From the NCBI GenBank assembly GCA_964016885.1, contig OZ024750.1:24428001-24492000 (forward strand): a stretch of DNA of 64,000 nucleotides, written 5' to 3'. Positions within the stretch are counted from its first letter, which is position 1; every line of letters begins with the position of its first letter. The position numbers were made by a program, and so were the translations under genes. Of the stretch, positions 42,201 to 56,267 are shown piece after piece. The notes beneath the pieces are model-generated. The model saw only the letters and a program-made list of their open reading frames with translations, was not told where the DNA came from and ran no database searches. This DNA comes from Eledone cirrhosa (Eukaryota).

Positions 42201-42879
42201 TGCAGTTGCTAACTATTAAGTTGTTAAAGAATTAAAATTAACAAAATCTGTTTGCTAACTGTGGAGGTGCATGGCCTAGTGGTAAGGGTGTTGGATTTAT
42301 TGCATGTTGTGTTCTTGAGCAAAATACTTCATTTTACGTATACTCCAGTATACTCAGCTGAAAATAAGTACCAGCAATAGCTGGGGGAGGGGTTTAACCC
42401 TGTGATGGACTGGCATCCTGTCCAGGGGAGAGTCTTGTACTCTCAGTTGCTTCACGCCATGGAAACTAGGATAAGCACCAGCCTGATGAGCTGCTGAGCT
42501 TGAGACAGACTTTAGACTTTAGACTTTAAGAGTTTGCTTACTATAAAGTAAATGCATCAAAATGTCAAATTACCAATGCAAATTAAAGGGACATAAAACT
42601 ATTCCAAAAAATAGTGTGTGTGTGTGTGTGTGTGTGCATGTGTGTGTGCGCATGTGTGTGTACATGTGTGTGTGCGCATGTGTGTGTGCGTGTGCATGTG
42701 TGTGTGTACATGTGTTTGTGCGCATGTGTGTGCATGTGTTTGTGCGCGTGCGCATGTGTGTGTGTGCGCATGTGTGTGCATGTGCATTGTTTGTGTGCAC
42801 ATGTTTGTGTGTGTGTGTGCATGTGTGAAAAGATGTCATAGATATCAGCAACCTATACCAACGCCACCCCAATGATTTA

Positions 42880-43119
42880 TAAGCCCAGACTTTGTGGGAG
42901 AACGCTCTCTGGAATGCACAAACCCAAGTGTAAACTGTCATATGGTCCTAGTTGGCAGAATGAAGAAAGCCTTACCTCTGAGAATAGTGAATAGTGAAGT
43001 AGACATGTTGACAGCCATTTTAGCTCTTGGGTCTCACTCCTGAAGATGGCTATCTCCACCCCAATAATACTGAGTAGGTAGGTGGTACAGAGACCAAGAA
43101 TGCCAGAAGTCTCCACCAT
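42880..43119 (-). mobile_element. CRE-like non-LTR 3' fragment (older copy)
   Basis: VETSGILGLCTTYLLSIIGVEIAIFRSETQELKWL. Confidence 0.6.
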
Positions 43120-44118
43120 TATAAAGTTATCATAGTATTAACCCTTTAACATTTACATTATTCTATATTTACTATTAGGGCGGTGGATTGGCAGTATCGG
43201 TAGAGGGTCGGACGCCATGCTTTCAAGCATAGTTACGTCCCTTTATGATCTGAGTTCAAATCCCGCCGAGGTTGACTTTGCCTTTCATCCTTACGGGGTC
43301 GATAAAATAAAGTACCAGTAATGCACTGGGTAATTGCTGGCCTTGTGCCTAAAGTAGAAACAATTATTCTATATTTACTATTGTATTTTTGCAGTAAAGG
43401 TTTTACCTCACATAATTATCTCACATAATATCAAATCTATGAGATTTTATTATTATTTATTTTGAGAACAATACCTTAATGTTGATATTAGAAAGATGTG
43501 TGAGAATTCTGGCTGGATATGGCTGGTTTAAATGCTAAAGAGTTAATATATACATTATCTGCTTGCTAATAATAAAGTTATAGAATTTACCCATTTCCCA
43601 ACATGTCAAGCTTTTTACTCGCATGAGGCAATTTTCATATCAAATATATTTTTATTTTGATAATTAATAAAAAATAAAAAAAATATTTCTGATATATCTT
43701 GTTACAAACACACAATTATTTGACTGCCACTAATTAAAATATCAAAACCCACTAATTAGTAACATATGCAAATATATGAGTTAAATGAGAGTAGTTAAAA
43801 TAAAGTTAATTATAAATACAAATTGATATTGTAGATGGAATATTTTAGATGATGTGAAATCATCATCACCATCATCATCATCATTATCATTATCATTATT
43901 ATAACCATCCCAACCACTACTAATGCCACCATAACCCTCATCAACATCATCACTATCACCTCCACCAACTGTGATGATATACACACACACACACACACAC
44001 ACACATATTAATTAAAATGCATGGCAACTAGGCAAATGCTTTCATTGGTATTCAACTAATCATTGCAAATTAATCTCATGTATACTTTCATGATTATATT
44101 TATACTCAGATAATAATA

Positions 44119-44119
<1 letters not shown>

Positions 44120-44172
<53 letters not shown>

Positions 44173-45800
44173 CCGCATCTGTCGGTCTTGAAAAACCATG
44201 GATTTGTGCCAGGAGAATTTTGTGTCAGCTGCTGATGGCGGTGCAGTGTCTGCTGTGACTGTACAGGCCCACAAGGGTGTGGCAATTCCGGATACAGCGA
44301 CTCCATTTGTAGATGCTCTCCTCCGGTGCTGGCCTACATGGGTGTGGCAATTCCGTATACAGCAACTACATTTGTAGATACTCTCCTCCGGGGCTGGCCT
44401 ACACGGGTGTGGCAATTCCGTATACAGCAACTACATTTGTAGATGCTCTCCTCCGGTGCTGGCCTACATGGGTGTGGCAATTCCGTATACAGCGACTACA
44501 TTTGTAGATGCTCTCCTCCGGGGCTGGCCTACATGGGTGTGGCAATTCCGTATACAGCGACTACATTTGTAGATGCTCTCCTCCGGGGCTGGCCTACATG
44601 GGTGTGGCAATTCCGTATACAGCAACTACAATTGTAGATGCTCTCCTCCGGGGCTGGCCTACATGGGTGTGGCAATTCCGTATACAGCAACTACATTTGT
44701 AGATGCTCTCCTCCGGTGCTGGCCTACATGGGTGTGGCAATTCCGGATACAGCAACTACATTTGTAGATACTCTCCTCCGGGGCTGGCCTACATGGGTGT
44801 GGAAATTCCGTATACAGCAACTACATTTGTAGATACTCTCCTCCGGGGCTGGCCTACATGGGTGTGGAAATTCCGTATACAGCAACTACATTTGTAGATA
44901 CTCTCCTCCGGGGCTGGCCTACATGGGTGTGGCAATTCCGTATACAGCAACTACATTTGTAGATACTCTCCTCCGGTGCTGGCCTACATGGGTGTGGCAA
45001 TTCCGTATACAGCAACTACATTTGTAGATACTCTCCTCCGGGGCTGGCCTACATGGGTGTGGCAATTCCGGATACAGCAACTACATTTGTAGATACTCTC
45101 CTCCGGTGCTGGCCTACACGGGTGTGGCAATTCCGTATACAGCGACTACATTTGTAGATACTCTCCTCCGGGGCTGGCCTACATGGGAGTGGCAATTCCG
45201 TATACAGCAACTACATTTGTAGATGCTCTCCTCTGCTGCTATGCTGTGTTGTTCTTTTTTTGAGCATGCTTTTCCTTGGAGGCAAGTTTCAGTTTCTCTT
45301 CCCCTCACTCCATTCCCTTTCGCAGTACTTGTCCCCATCATGGGCGATCATTAGCAAGCTCCTCTCATCTCTGGGTGTCCAAATCAATTGACTTCATATC
45401 CCTCCTGCAACATCTTTGAAACGGAGATGAGGTCGTCCATGTGCTCTTGTGCCAGTGGCCAGTTCTCCATACAGTAGGTCTTTTGGTATGCTCCCAGCTG
45501 GCATACGATGTACGTGACTGAGCCAGTGCAGACGGCACTGTTTGAGCAGGGTGTATATGTTGGGTATCTTGGTATGATTGAGGACTTCAGTGTTGGTGAC
45601 CTGGTTGGTCCACTTGATATTCAGAATGCATATCAGGCTATGAAGGTGGAAGACATTGAGAAGCCACTCCTGTCTGGAGTAGAAGCTCCATGTCTCACTG
45701 CCGTAAAGTAATGTACTGAAGAGACACGCCTTGTAGACAGCAATTTTGGTGTTTGTAGTTAGTTTTCCGTTCTCCCAGACTCTCTTTGTCAGCCTGGCAA
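44120..45800 (-). mobile_element. RTE-clade LINE 3' portion with (TAA)n tail and internal tandem amplification
   Basis: Minus strand: VYKACLFSTLLYGSETW...RLHWLSHVHRMPAGSIPKDLLYGELATGTRAHGRPHLRFKD. C-terminal Cys/His motif (RNCHTLVGLYSHSRHC); tail at ~44120-44172. Confidence 0.8.
44275..45235. repeat. 65-bp minisatellite, ~15 copies, inside the RTE element
   Basis: Unit GGGTGTGGCAATTCCGTATACAGCAACTACATTTGTAGATRCTCTCCTCCGGKGCTGGCCTACAT; ORF starts recur every 65 bp. Confidence 0.95.
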
Positions 45801-46117
45801 ATGTAGAGGTTGTTTGTCCAACTCTCCAGCTTGTACAAAACTACATCCAGTATGAGAGCTGAAGAGGTGAGATGATATTTTTGTGATCTTGTCTCATTCA
45901 TTTTCTTCCTTTGCTCCCCTCTTCCTATCATTCCTGCTGACCAACACACTCCTAGCCGCTGATTTCTGTCCTTTAACCCTTTAGCATTTAAACCGGCCAT
46001 ATCTGGCCAGAATTCTCTCACATCTTTCTGTTCAAACCCGCTGTAACCAGCCACTCATACTGATGTTAAGGTCTTTTTCTAAAAAAAAAAAAAAATCCAA
46101 ATTCTCTAGATTTGATA

Positions 46118-46553
46118 TTATGTGAGATAATTATGTGAGGTAAAGCCTTTACTATGAAAATATAATAGTATATATAGAGTAATGTAAATTTTATGTGAGA
46201 TAATTATGTGAGGTAAAGCCTTTACTATGAAAATATAATAGTATATATAGAGTAATGTAAATTTTATGTGAGATAATTGTGTGAGGTAAAGCCTTCACTA
46301 TGAAAATATAATAGTATATATAGAGTAATGTAAATTTTATGTGAGATAATTATGTGAGGTAAAGCCTTTACTATGAAAATATAATAGTATATATAGAGTA
46401 ATGTAAATTTTATGTGAGATAATTATTTGAGGTAAAGCCTTTACTATGAAAATATAATAGTATATATAGAGTAATGTAAATTTTATGTGAGATAATTGTG
46501 TGAGGTAAAGACTTTACTGTGAAAATATAATAGTATATCTAGAGTAATGTAAA
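46118..46553. repeat. 73-bp tandem repeat (6 copies) inside a piggyBac-type MITE
   Basis: TAAAG(C/A)CTT recurs at 46141, 46214, 46287, 46360, 46433 and 46506. Confidence 0.9.
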
Positions 46554-46650
46554 TGCTAAAAGGTTAAAGTAAATTTTACCTGACGCCGTATATGATGGCA
46601 TTTTGCTGTTTTAATAGCTTTTCTTGTGTTGAGTTTCTCTCATTATTCTA

Positions 46651-46715
<65 letters not shown>

Positions 46716-46804
46716 AGAGAAAGAGAGAGAGCTGGATGCATGTATAGGAGTGCATGGGTTTCTGTGTTGTATGTGTGTATGTCTATATGTGTATATATAT
46801 ATAT

Positions 46805-47021
46805 AATAAATGAAGAATTAGAAATAGAAGCCAGGAATATCCGTCATCAGTGGTCTACTAGCCATCATTGGTATTTCTTCGCATTACAGACCATATACCT
46901 CAAGCTAGAGTGTTACAATAGCTTGAGGTATATGGTCTGTAATGCGAAGAAATACCTATGATGGCTAGTAGACCACTGATGACGGATATTCCTGGCTTCT
47001 ATTTCTAATTCTTCATTTATT
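46805..47021. repeat. Near-perfect palindrome (~103-bp arms) next to (TA)n
   Basis: AATAAATGAAGAATTAG...CCTCAAGCTA gagtgttacaa TAGCTTGAGG...CTAATTCTTCATTTATT. Confidence 0.85.
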
Positions 47022-47473
47022 CATTTCATTTCATTTCATTTTACATCCACTTTTCCCTGCTTGCAAGGGTGGGACGGGAACTGATTCTGGCTTGATTTCT
47101 ACAGCTGGATGCCCTTCCTAACACCAACCTCATTTACAGTGAGTGCTGGGTGCTTTTTTGCCGTGGCACCTCCACGACCACTTTGCAGTGGAATGATATG
47201 GACCCCAGTCCCTATCATCTCATTTCTACAGCTGAGTAAACTGGAGCAATGTGAAATAAAGTGTCTTGCTCAAGGAAACAACACATCACCCGGTCTGAGA
47301 ATTGAACTCACAACCTTTCGATTGCAAGGCCAATGCTCTAACCACTAAGCCATGTGCCTCCATCATGGTATATGGTCTGTAATGCAAAAAAATACCTATG
47401 ATGGCTAGTAGACCACTGATGACGGATATTCCTGGCTTCTATTTCTAATTCTTCATTTATTATATATATATAT

Positions 47474-47608
47474 ATATTTATTAAAATAACAGATTAAAGT
47501 TTAAGCAAAGAATCGCTGCTTTCACCCTTAACGGGATCTTCTGAAACCCGTTAAGGGTGAAAGCAGCGATTCTTTGCTTAAACTTTAATCTGTTATTTTA
47601 ATAAATAT
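47474..47608. repeat. Palindrome (~60-bp arms) next to (TA)n
   Basis: ...GCTTTCACCCTTAACGGG atcttctgaaa CCCGTTAAGGGTGAAAGC... Confidence 0.85.
47499..47547 (-). ncRNA. Hammerhead motif with one core substitution (U4A) at the centre of a palindrome
   Basis: Minus strand: GTTT-CAGAAGA-T[CCC gttaa GGG]T-GAAA-GCA gcgattctt TGC-TT-AAAC. Confidence 0.5.
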
Positions 47609-47917
47609 TTTAATAAATATTTGCTCTACTGTTCTTATATATTTGATATATCGAGCCCTCTTTGGATTTTAGTCTTCAAATTTATTATTATTATTATTAC
47701 TATATAACTTTGCCTTTCATCCTTACGGGGTCGATAAAATAAAGTACCAGTAATGCACTGGGTAATTGCTGGCCTTGTGCCAAAAAAGTAGAAACAATTA
47801 TTATTACTATATATATATATATATGTGTGTGTGTGTGCGTGTGAGTGTGTACACACACATGTTTATGTATGGATATACAAATACAAAGAATAAGAAAACC
47901 TGAAAGTGATGAAAGGA

Positions 47918-47973
<56 letters not shown>

Positions 47974-48675
47974 CTTTACTAGTCAGATGTAAGTAATAGA
48001 GACAGGGGTTGTGAGGGTAGTTGGAGGCTTGTATTTTTCTTACCTACATTTGTTCCTCGGGGTGCACTGCAGAGGCTGCAGTGTTGGTGGGTGGTAGGGA
48101 AGGCATCATGAAAAGTACCCAGGGTGTCTTGCCAAGAGAAAAATATCCTTTTAGAACTGTATCGCGTGAATTCCCTGATGTCAACCATCTCTAGTTTCCT
48201 GGTATTTTAGAGTTTCACTACTCATCATCAGCATCACCGTATTCATCATCATCACCATCATAATTTGTCTCTACCATCATCACCACCACCACCACCACCA
48301 CCAGCATCATCACTATTGTGTCTACCATCACCAATCATCACCATTATCACCACCACCATCATCATCACCATCATTAACATCACCATCACCGCCATCACCA
48401 TCATCATCATCACCATCACCATCCATATTCATCATCATCACCATCATTGTTGTCTCTACCGTCATCATCATAATCATCACCATAATTATTGTCTTTACCA
48501 TCACTGCCATCACCAGCATCATCACCATCACCACCATTATTGTCTCTACCATCACAGGACAAAGTGGACGAAGAAGATATTGACCCTGTTACTTATTTTT
48601 AGTATTTTTAGTATTTCTTTGCTCTTTTTTGTCAAACCATTAAGTTATAGGACATAAATACACACACATACATAT

Positions 48676-49110
48676 ATAATCAGTTACAACAGCAACATAT
48701 ACGGGTACTTAAGTTTTGTTTGTTTGTTAATTCGAACTCATTCAGCCTGTCATTGTGAACTGGCAGTATCGGTAGAGGTTTGGACGCCAGTTACATCCCG
48801 TTACGGTCTGAGTTCAAATCCCGTCGAGGTTAACTTTGCTTTTCATCCTTTCGGGGTCGATAAAATAAAGTACTAGTAATGTGCTGGGTAATTGCTGGCC
48901 TTGTGCCAAAAGTAGAAACAATTATATTTTTAAAAAATGGCTTCCATCCATGGAGATTTTAGAAGGTATGGATTACCTGCCCTTAGAAATCTCCTATACT
49001 TTCTAAAATCTTCATGGATAGAAGCCATTTTTATTATGATAAGTTGTTTGAGTTTGGATAAACAACCTAAACTTAAGTACCTGTATATGTCACTGTTGTA
49101 ACTGATTATA
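48676..49110. repeat. Degenerate fold-back element interrupted by a SINE, with an inner inverted repeat at ~48932-49033
   Basis: TATAATCAGTTACAACAG..TACTTAAGTTT / AAACTTAAGTACC..CTGTTGTAACTGATTATA. Inner AAAAATGGCTTC...GAAGCCATTTTT. Confidence 0.6.
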
Positions 49111-50971
49111 CATAACTCATCCTCTGGACTGAATGCTCTAAACCCTTGGATATTTATACCAATGGGCTTCTGCAGTTTCACTCACAAGGCCACAGTAGAA
49201 GACACTTGATTAAGATGCTATGCAATGGGACTGAATCAAGAGCCATGACTGCACTTTTTCTTGTTTCTTTTTTCAATTTAGTTTCCAATCTCTCTCTCTC
49301 TCTATTATTTATTTGTCCATTAATTGCTCCACAAAATGCTGTACTTCTCCATTAAATGTCTTTCCTCATTAAATGTTGTAAATCTCAGTAAATTCTATCC
49401 TTCCCCATCAAATGTTGCCCTCCCTTCTTAAAAACTATCCTTCCCCATCAAATGCAGTCCCCCTTCCATTAAATGTTGCCCTCCCTTCTTAAAAACTATC
49501 CTTCCCCATCAAATGCAGCCCCCTTCCATTAAATGTTGCCCCCCTTCTTAAAAACTATCCTTCCCATCAAATGCTCATTTATCTCTTATTTCTTCCATGT
49601 TGCGAAACCCAGGTTAAAAATGAACAGAGGTAAGTGAAGAATGAGATGTTTTCTTTAACGAGTGTGTCTTTCTGGTTTTTAAAATTATTTTGTGGGTATT
49701 TTTTGGATATTTTAAAATTACTTTCCTTCTCTTTCTCTATTTCCTTCTCCCTTCCTCATTAAACAGTATTTGAGCCCTTCTTTTTCTTTTTTGCCTTTGT
49801 TTCGATGTCGGGCGCTGTGACCCCAGGTGGACTGGTGGTGCGATTGGTGGGGGTCGAGACTGTCATGGTTCATCTTGTCGGCCGATGGCCCTTGAGTTCT
49901 GTGTCTTTCGTTTGTATTTTTATTTAAAAAAAAACAATTTTCTATGGTTTCCCCTTTAAAAAACTTGCATTTTGTTTTGCCTTGTTTTTGTTCATTGTCT
50001 TGCCCTCTCTTTCTCAATACTAATGTAACGAATGTTTTATCTCTCCCTACCCCCATTAATTTCAATGACTTATAACCAGTTTAAACCAAGCTGATGATCT
50101 GAATAATGTTCTCGGTAACGGTGCACTAACTATTGTGGAGAATTTGGTTGGTGTAAACTGTACTTAAAATTGAGTGCATGCAGCAGACTGCGGATAGCAG
50201 TTTTTAGACACACTGGACCAATGAAACATTTGTTAATACTTGGAATAAACCTTATTGTATAGCCGATCTGTGTTATTCTTCACTCCTATATATATAGTTA
50301 AATAAGATAACAAGGACGATTGGTTACTCCTTCATTACGTTTATTGGTTGGTGACGTGCGTTTCGCCACAGACCAGCTCAAGGTTCGATCTGACCTGACT
50401 CTGTAATTCAGAGCTCGCCAGACCCCTTGTAATGTTAATGGTCCATTAACGATATAATATGGACTATATCTGTAATTCAAGGGTAGGTCCAGCTTTGTTA
50501 CACAATGTGCCACACTCTGTGGATTTCTTTAAAGGTACACATACCTGTGTAATAGATAGCCACTTCATTACGTGAACTCTCTCTGTAATTCAATGTGCCA
50601 GACTGAATCTTCCTGAGAGTTACCTTAAGGTTCTACGTGTCTATGAAATACTCAGCTACTTGCACATTAATTTCTCGAGCAAGCTCTCGAATAAATAACT
50701 GGAACACTCATCGTCGAAATTGACGAAGGTCTATTTCATTTCTACTGTTACAGTTTTCCCTTCCATTTCTCTCTCTATATATTTTTTCTCCGGTGTTGGC
50801 TTCATTGTGCATCTTCCTTACTGAAAGTGTATTTCTTACCTACCTCTAAGTGTAATAATTTCCCTTCGTAGTTACCTCCCTTTTCTTTATTTACTGCTCC
50901 GAAATTTGCTTTCTGCCAGTGTTTTATATATTTTTTGCCTACGCTCTCTCTCTCTCTCTCGCTCTCTCTCG

Positions 50972-51052
<81 letters not shown>

Positions 51053-51053
51053 A

Positions 51054-51118
<65 letters not shown>

Positions 51119-51914
51119 CCATGCTCAGGAACATGGAAATGCTATTTTGGTGTCTGAACACGCGGTTAGCTCACCAAAAGTGACAGAACTCTAGTTATTG
51201 TTAAGCCATCATTCTATATATATATAACGAAAATTATTGTCTACTGTGCTCAGGTGCATTACAATCTCAGGTGAAAACTCTAATGTAAAACCTGCTACTC
51301 GATGGTAACCAATGGATACCTGTCACCGTTGTCCAAAGAGTGGGATTGGTTCATTGTTAGGGTTTTTTTTCACTAAAAAAAAAACTTCAAGCACAGACGT
51401 CACTTCATCTGAACGAAGCTTGCGTCACTTCATGACGCTCGCATGTGATGTATGAGCATGACCTTTTATTTATTTTTATTTTGCTGCAGCATATGCAGAA
51501 GTTAATCAAATTCCTTGGCAGGTTTAAAAGGTCATGTTCGTACCGACCATGTGTGAGGAGAAGTTTGCAATTCTCGAAACTGAGATAATAATCTTCTTCT
51601 TCTTCTTTTTCTTTTTCTTTTTCTTCTTCTTCTTCTTCTTCTTCTTCTTCTTCTTCTTCTTCTTCTTCTTCTTTTTCTTCTTCTTCTTCTTCTTCTTCTT
51701 CTTCTTCTTCTTCTTCTTCTTCTTCTTCTTCTTCTTCTTCTTCTTCTTCTTTGCCTTCTTCTTTGCCTTCTTCTTCTTCTTCTTCTTCTTCTTCTTCTTC
51801 TTCTTCTTCTTCTTCTTCTTCTTCTTCTTCTTTGCCTTCTTCTTGTTTGCCTTCTTCTTTGCCTTCTTCTTCTTCTTCTTCTTCTTCTTCTTCTTCTTCT
51901 TCTTCTTCTTCACA

Positions 51915-52660
51915 TAGGTCACATATGTGTTATCCGAGGGCCACATGAGTCACATATGTGTTGTCTGAGGGCCACATGGGTCACATATGTGTTGTCTGAG
52001 GTCCACATGAGTCACATGTGTTGTCTGAGGGCCACACGAGTCACATATGTGTTGTCTGAGGGCCACACGAGTCACATATGTGTTGTCTGAGGGCCACATG
52101 GGTCACACATGTGTTGTCTGAGGGCCACATGGGTCACATATGTGTTGTCCGAGAGCCACATGAGTCACACATGTGTTGTCTGAGGGCCACACGAGTCACA
52201 TATGTGTTGTCTGAGGGCCACACGAGTCACATATGTGTTGTCTGAGGGCCACATGAGTCACATATGTGTTGTCTGAGGGCCACATGAGTCACATATGTGT
52301 TGTCCGAGGGCCACATGGGTCACATATGTGTTGTCTGAGGGCCACATGGGTCACACATGTGTTGTCTGAGGGCCACATGAGTCACATATGTGTTGTCTGA
52401 GGGCCACACGAGTCACATATGTGTTGTCTGAGGGCCACATGGGTCACATATGTGTTGTCTGAGGGCCACATGGGTCACACATGTGTTGTCTGAGGGCCAC
52501 ATGAGTCACATATGTGTTGTCTGAGGGCCACACGAGTCACATATGTGTTGTCTGAGGGCCACATGGGTCACACATGTGTTGTCTGAGGGCCACATGGGTC
52601 ACATATGTGTTGTCTGAGGGCCACATGGGTCACATATGTGTTGTCTGAGGGCCACATGTT
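51915..52660. repeat. 31-bp minisatellite, ~24 copies, after a (TTC)n tract (51593-51911)
   Basis: Unit GAGGGCCACAYGRGTCACAYATGTGTTGTCT. Confidence 0.95.
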
Positions 52661-53699
52661 TCACATGCCTGCCGTAAAGCATTGTATCCGACGTCTTAAT
52701 GACTCTGCCAAATTGCTGAATAAGGTGATAATGACGATGTTGATAATAATGGTTTCTACTTTTGGCACAAGGCCAGCAATTATCCCCAGTGCATTACTGG
52801 TACTTTATTTTATTGACCCCGAAAGGATGAAAGGATGAAAGTTAACGTCGGCGGGATTTGAACTCAGAATGGCAAGGGCCGTAACTCTATGCTGCAAAGC
52901 ATGACGTCCGACCCTCTACCGATACTGCCAATCCACCGACTATGTTGATAATAATGATGGTAATCATGATGATGATGATGATGATGATGATTTACTAAGA
53001 AATTTGATAATGGTTGTGTTGGTGATGATGGTGATGATGTTGGTCATCAATTTGATGACTTACTAACAAATTTGATAATGATGATGATGGCAATGGTTAT
53101 GGTAATGGTGATGATGATGATGATGGTAATGGTGATGATGGTGATGATGGTGATGATGGTAATGGTGGTGATGATGGTGATGGTGATGATGGTAATGATG
53201 ATGGTGATGATGATGATGATGATGGTGATGATGGTAATGATGATGGTGATGATGGTAATGATGATGATGGTGATGATGGTGATGATGATGGTAATGATGG
53301 TAATGGTGATGATGATGATGGTAATGGTGATGATGGTGATGATGATGATAATGATGATGGTAATGGTGATGATGATGATGATGATGATGATGATGGTAAT
53401 GGTGATGATGATGATGATGGTAATGGTGGTGATGATGATGGTGATGGTAATGGTGATGATGATGATTTATAAATTTGATTAATGAAGTGAATGATGATGT
53501 TAGTGATGACTTACTAACGAATTAAACATCTTGCATGGAAAATGTGCAGTGCATATTTGATGCATCTTACATGCATGTTGACCTAGTGCATTGTCATGTT
53601 GGGGGGGAGGGGGGGGGGGTTTGCAGTTGTTGCTGTTGTTGCTGTTGTTTATATATACTTTGTTTTGGTTCATTTATTAATATATATATAATATATAAC

Positions 53700-53782
53700 A
53701 TTGGATTGTCAAGTATGAAATTTGTAGAAATTTCTTTTTTTTTTTTACAAATTTTTACAAATTTCATACTTGACGACCCAAT
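53700..53782. repeat. Short inverted repeat between TA tracts
   Basis: ATTGGATTGTCAAGTATGAAATTTGTAGAAATTT / AAATTTTTACAAATTTCATACTTGACGACCCAAT. Confidence 0.65.
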
Positions 53783-53803
53783 ATATGATATATATGATAT
53801 ATA

Positions 53804-53861
<58 letters not shown>

Positions 53862-54640
53862 CACTTTGCATTACCTTAGATCCTTAACAATTGACTCCTC
53901 CTTCACCCCTGACTAACCTTAAGTGTGCTCCCTAACGCATCAATAGTGGTACTATTGAGCATTCCTGCTTTCCGAATGAAAACCGCAGCACTGGGATCTT
54001 GTGATTTTATTGGCTTACACAACAAACTTTGCTAACCAGCCATTTGTTCTCACTCACAGATTCATAGATACATTATATATATCTATATCTATCTATGTAT
54101 CTATATATCTATATATATATCTATATAAATATATATATATAATAAATGTATGTATACATATATGTATATATACATACATTTATTATATATATACATACAT
54201 TTATTATATATATATATATATATATATATATTTGCATATATAAATCAATATATGTTTGCTGTGGTATTCTGTAGGATGATCTGCTACCAGCAAAGTATTA
54301 GAATCTTCAGCATCAAATTGATAAAATAATGGTCAACTATGGAATCCTACTTTATCAAAGCTGACCCATCTCCCCAATATCAATCAACTAGTTTATCACA
54401 GCTTCAGCAACAACAACAACTACAACAACTACAACAACAACTACTACTATCACTATTACTACTACTACTACAATCGTTATTGCTACAGTAATGTCAATAT
54501 CCAGTGTATGGAACATGGGCAAAAGAAAGATGTATAAATTTCAACGCTCCAGCAGCTATTTTCAAAATGGTAAGTTCCAGAAATTTCATCATTTTTGTTT
54601 ATACTTTCCCTGTCAACACATTTGTGGCCAACAATTTGAT

Positions 54641-54675
<35 letters not shown>

Positions 54676-54684
54676 ACAATTGAC

Positions 54685-55525
<841 letters not shown>

Positions 55526-55865
55526 CCAATATACACCCTACACCCCACCCCACACACCCTACACCTCCCTCCCATTTCCGCCCACACCACCCTTACTCTG
55601 TAAAGTTATGTTGGTACCACAAAACATCCAGCCCACACTGTAAAGTGGTCATGTAGGAGATAGAGCAGAAAGCACCCAGCACATACTGTAAATATGGTTG
55701 GCATTAGGAAGGACATCCAGCCATAGAAAACCAGCCAGGAACTGTCCTATATAAGCGAGACATGGTCACCCGACCAAACTTGCCTCAAATCAGACAAACC
55801 AATCTAACCCATGCTAGCGTGGAAGATAGATGTTAAATGATGATGATGATGATATATATATATAT

Positions 55866-56210
55866 GGAGGCACATGGCTTAGTGGTTAGAGCATTGACTT
55901 TGCAATCGAAAGGTTTTGAGTTCAATTCTCAGACCGGGTGATGTGTTGTTTCTTTGAGCAAGACACTTTATTTCACATTGCTCCAGTTTACTCAGCTGTA
56001 GAAATGAGATGCTAGGGACTGGGGTCCCTATCATTCCACTGCAAAGTGGTCGTGGAGGTGCCACGGCAAAAAAGCACCCAGCACTCACTGTAAATGAGGT
56101 TGGTGTTAGGAAGGGCATCCAGCTGTAGAAATCAAGCCAGAATCAGTTCCCGTCACACCTTTGCAAGCAGGGAAAAGCGGACGTAAAATGAAATGAAAAT
56201 GAAATGATGA
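55866..56210 (+). mobile_element. tRNA-derived SINE family B with RTE-like tail; near-identical inverted copy at 47022-47362
   Basis: GGAGGCACATGGCTTAGTGGTTAGAGC...GAGTTCAATTC...TTGAGCAAGACACTT, tail (AAATG)n. The spurious ORFs 47109-47348 and 55879-56118 are nearly identical. Related heads at ~14331, 21090, 39216, 42262 and 57820. Confidence 0.85.
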
Positions 56211-56234
56211 AATCATTATATATATATATATATC

Positions 56235-56267
<33 letters not shown>

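Noticed and set aside
46960-47000. CTGATGA inside the 46805 palindrome arms
   Set aside because: No downstream GAAA or stem III in register, so a hammerhead could not be folded.
50060-50300. CTGATGA plus AATAAA in an LTR/pLTR-looking segment
   Set aside because: No complete core, paired terminal repeat or coding remnant found.
55866-55945. tRNA-like sequence with A and B boxes
   Set aside because: It is the head of a SINE, continuing into SINE body and tail; no convincing cloverleaf.
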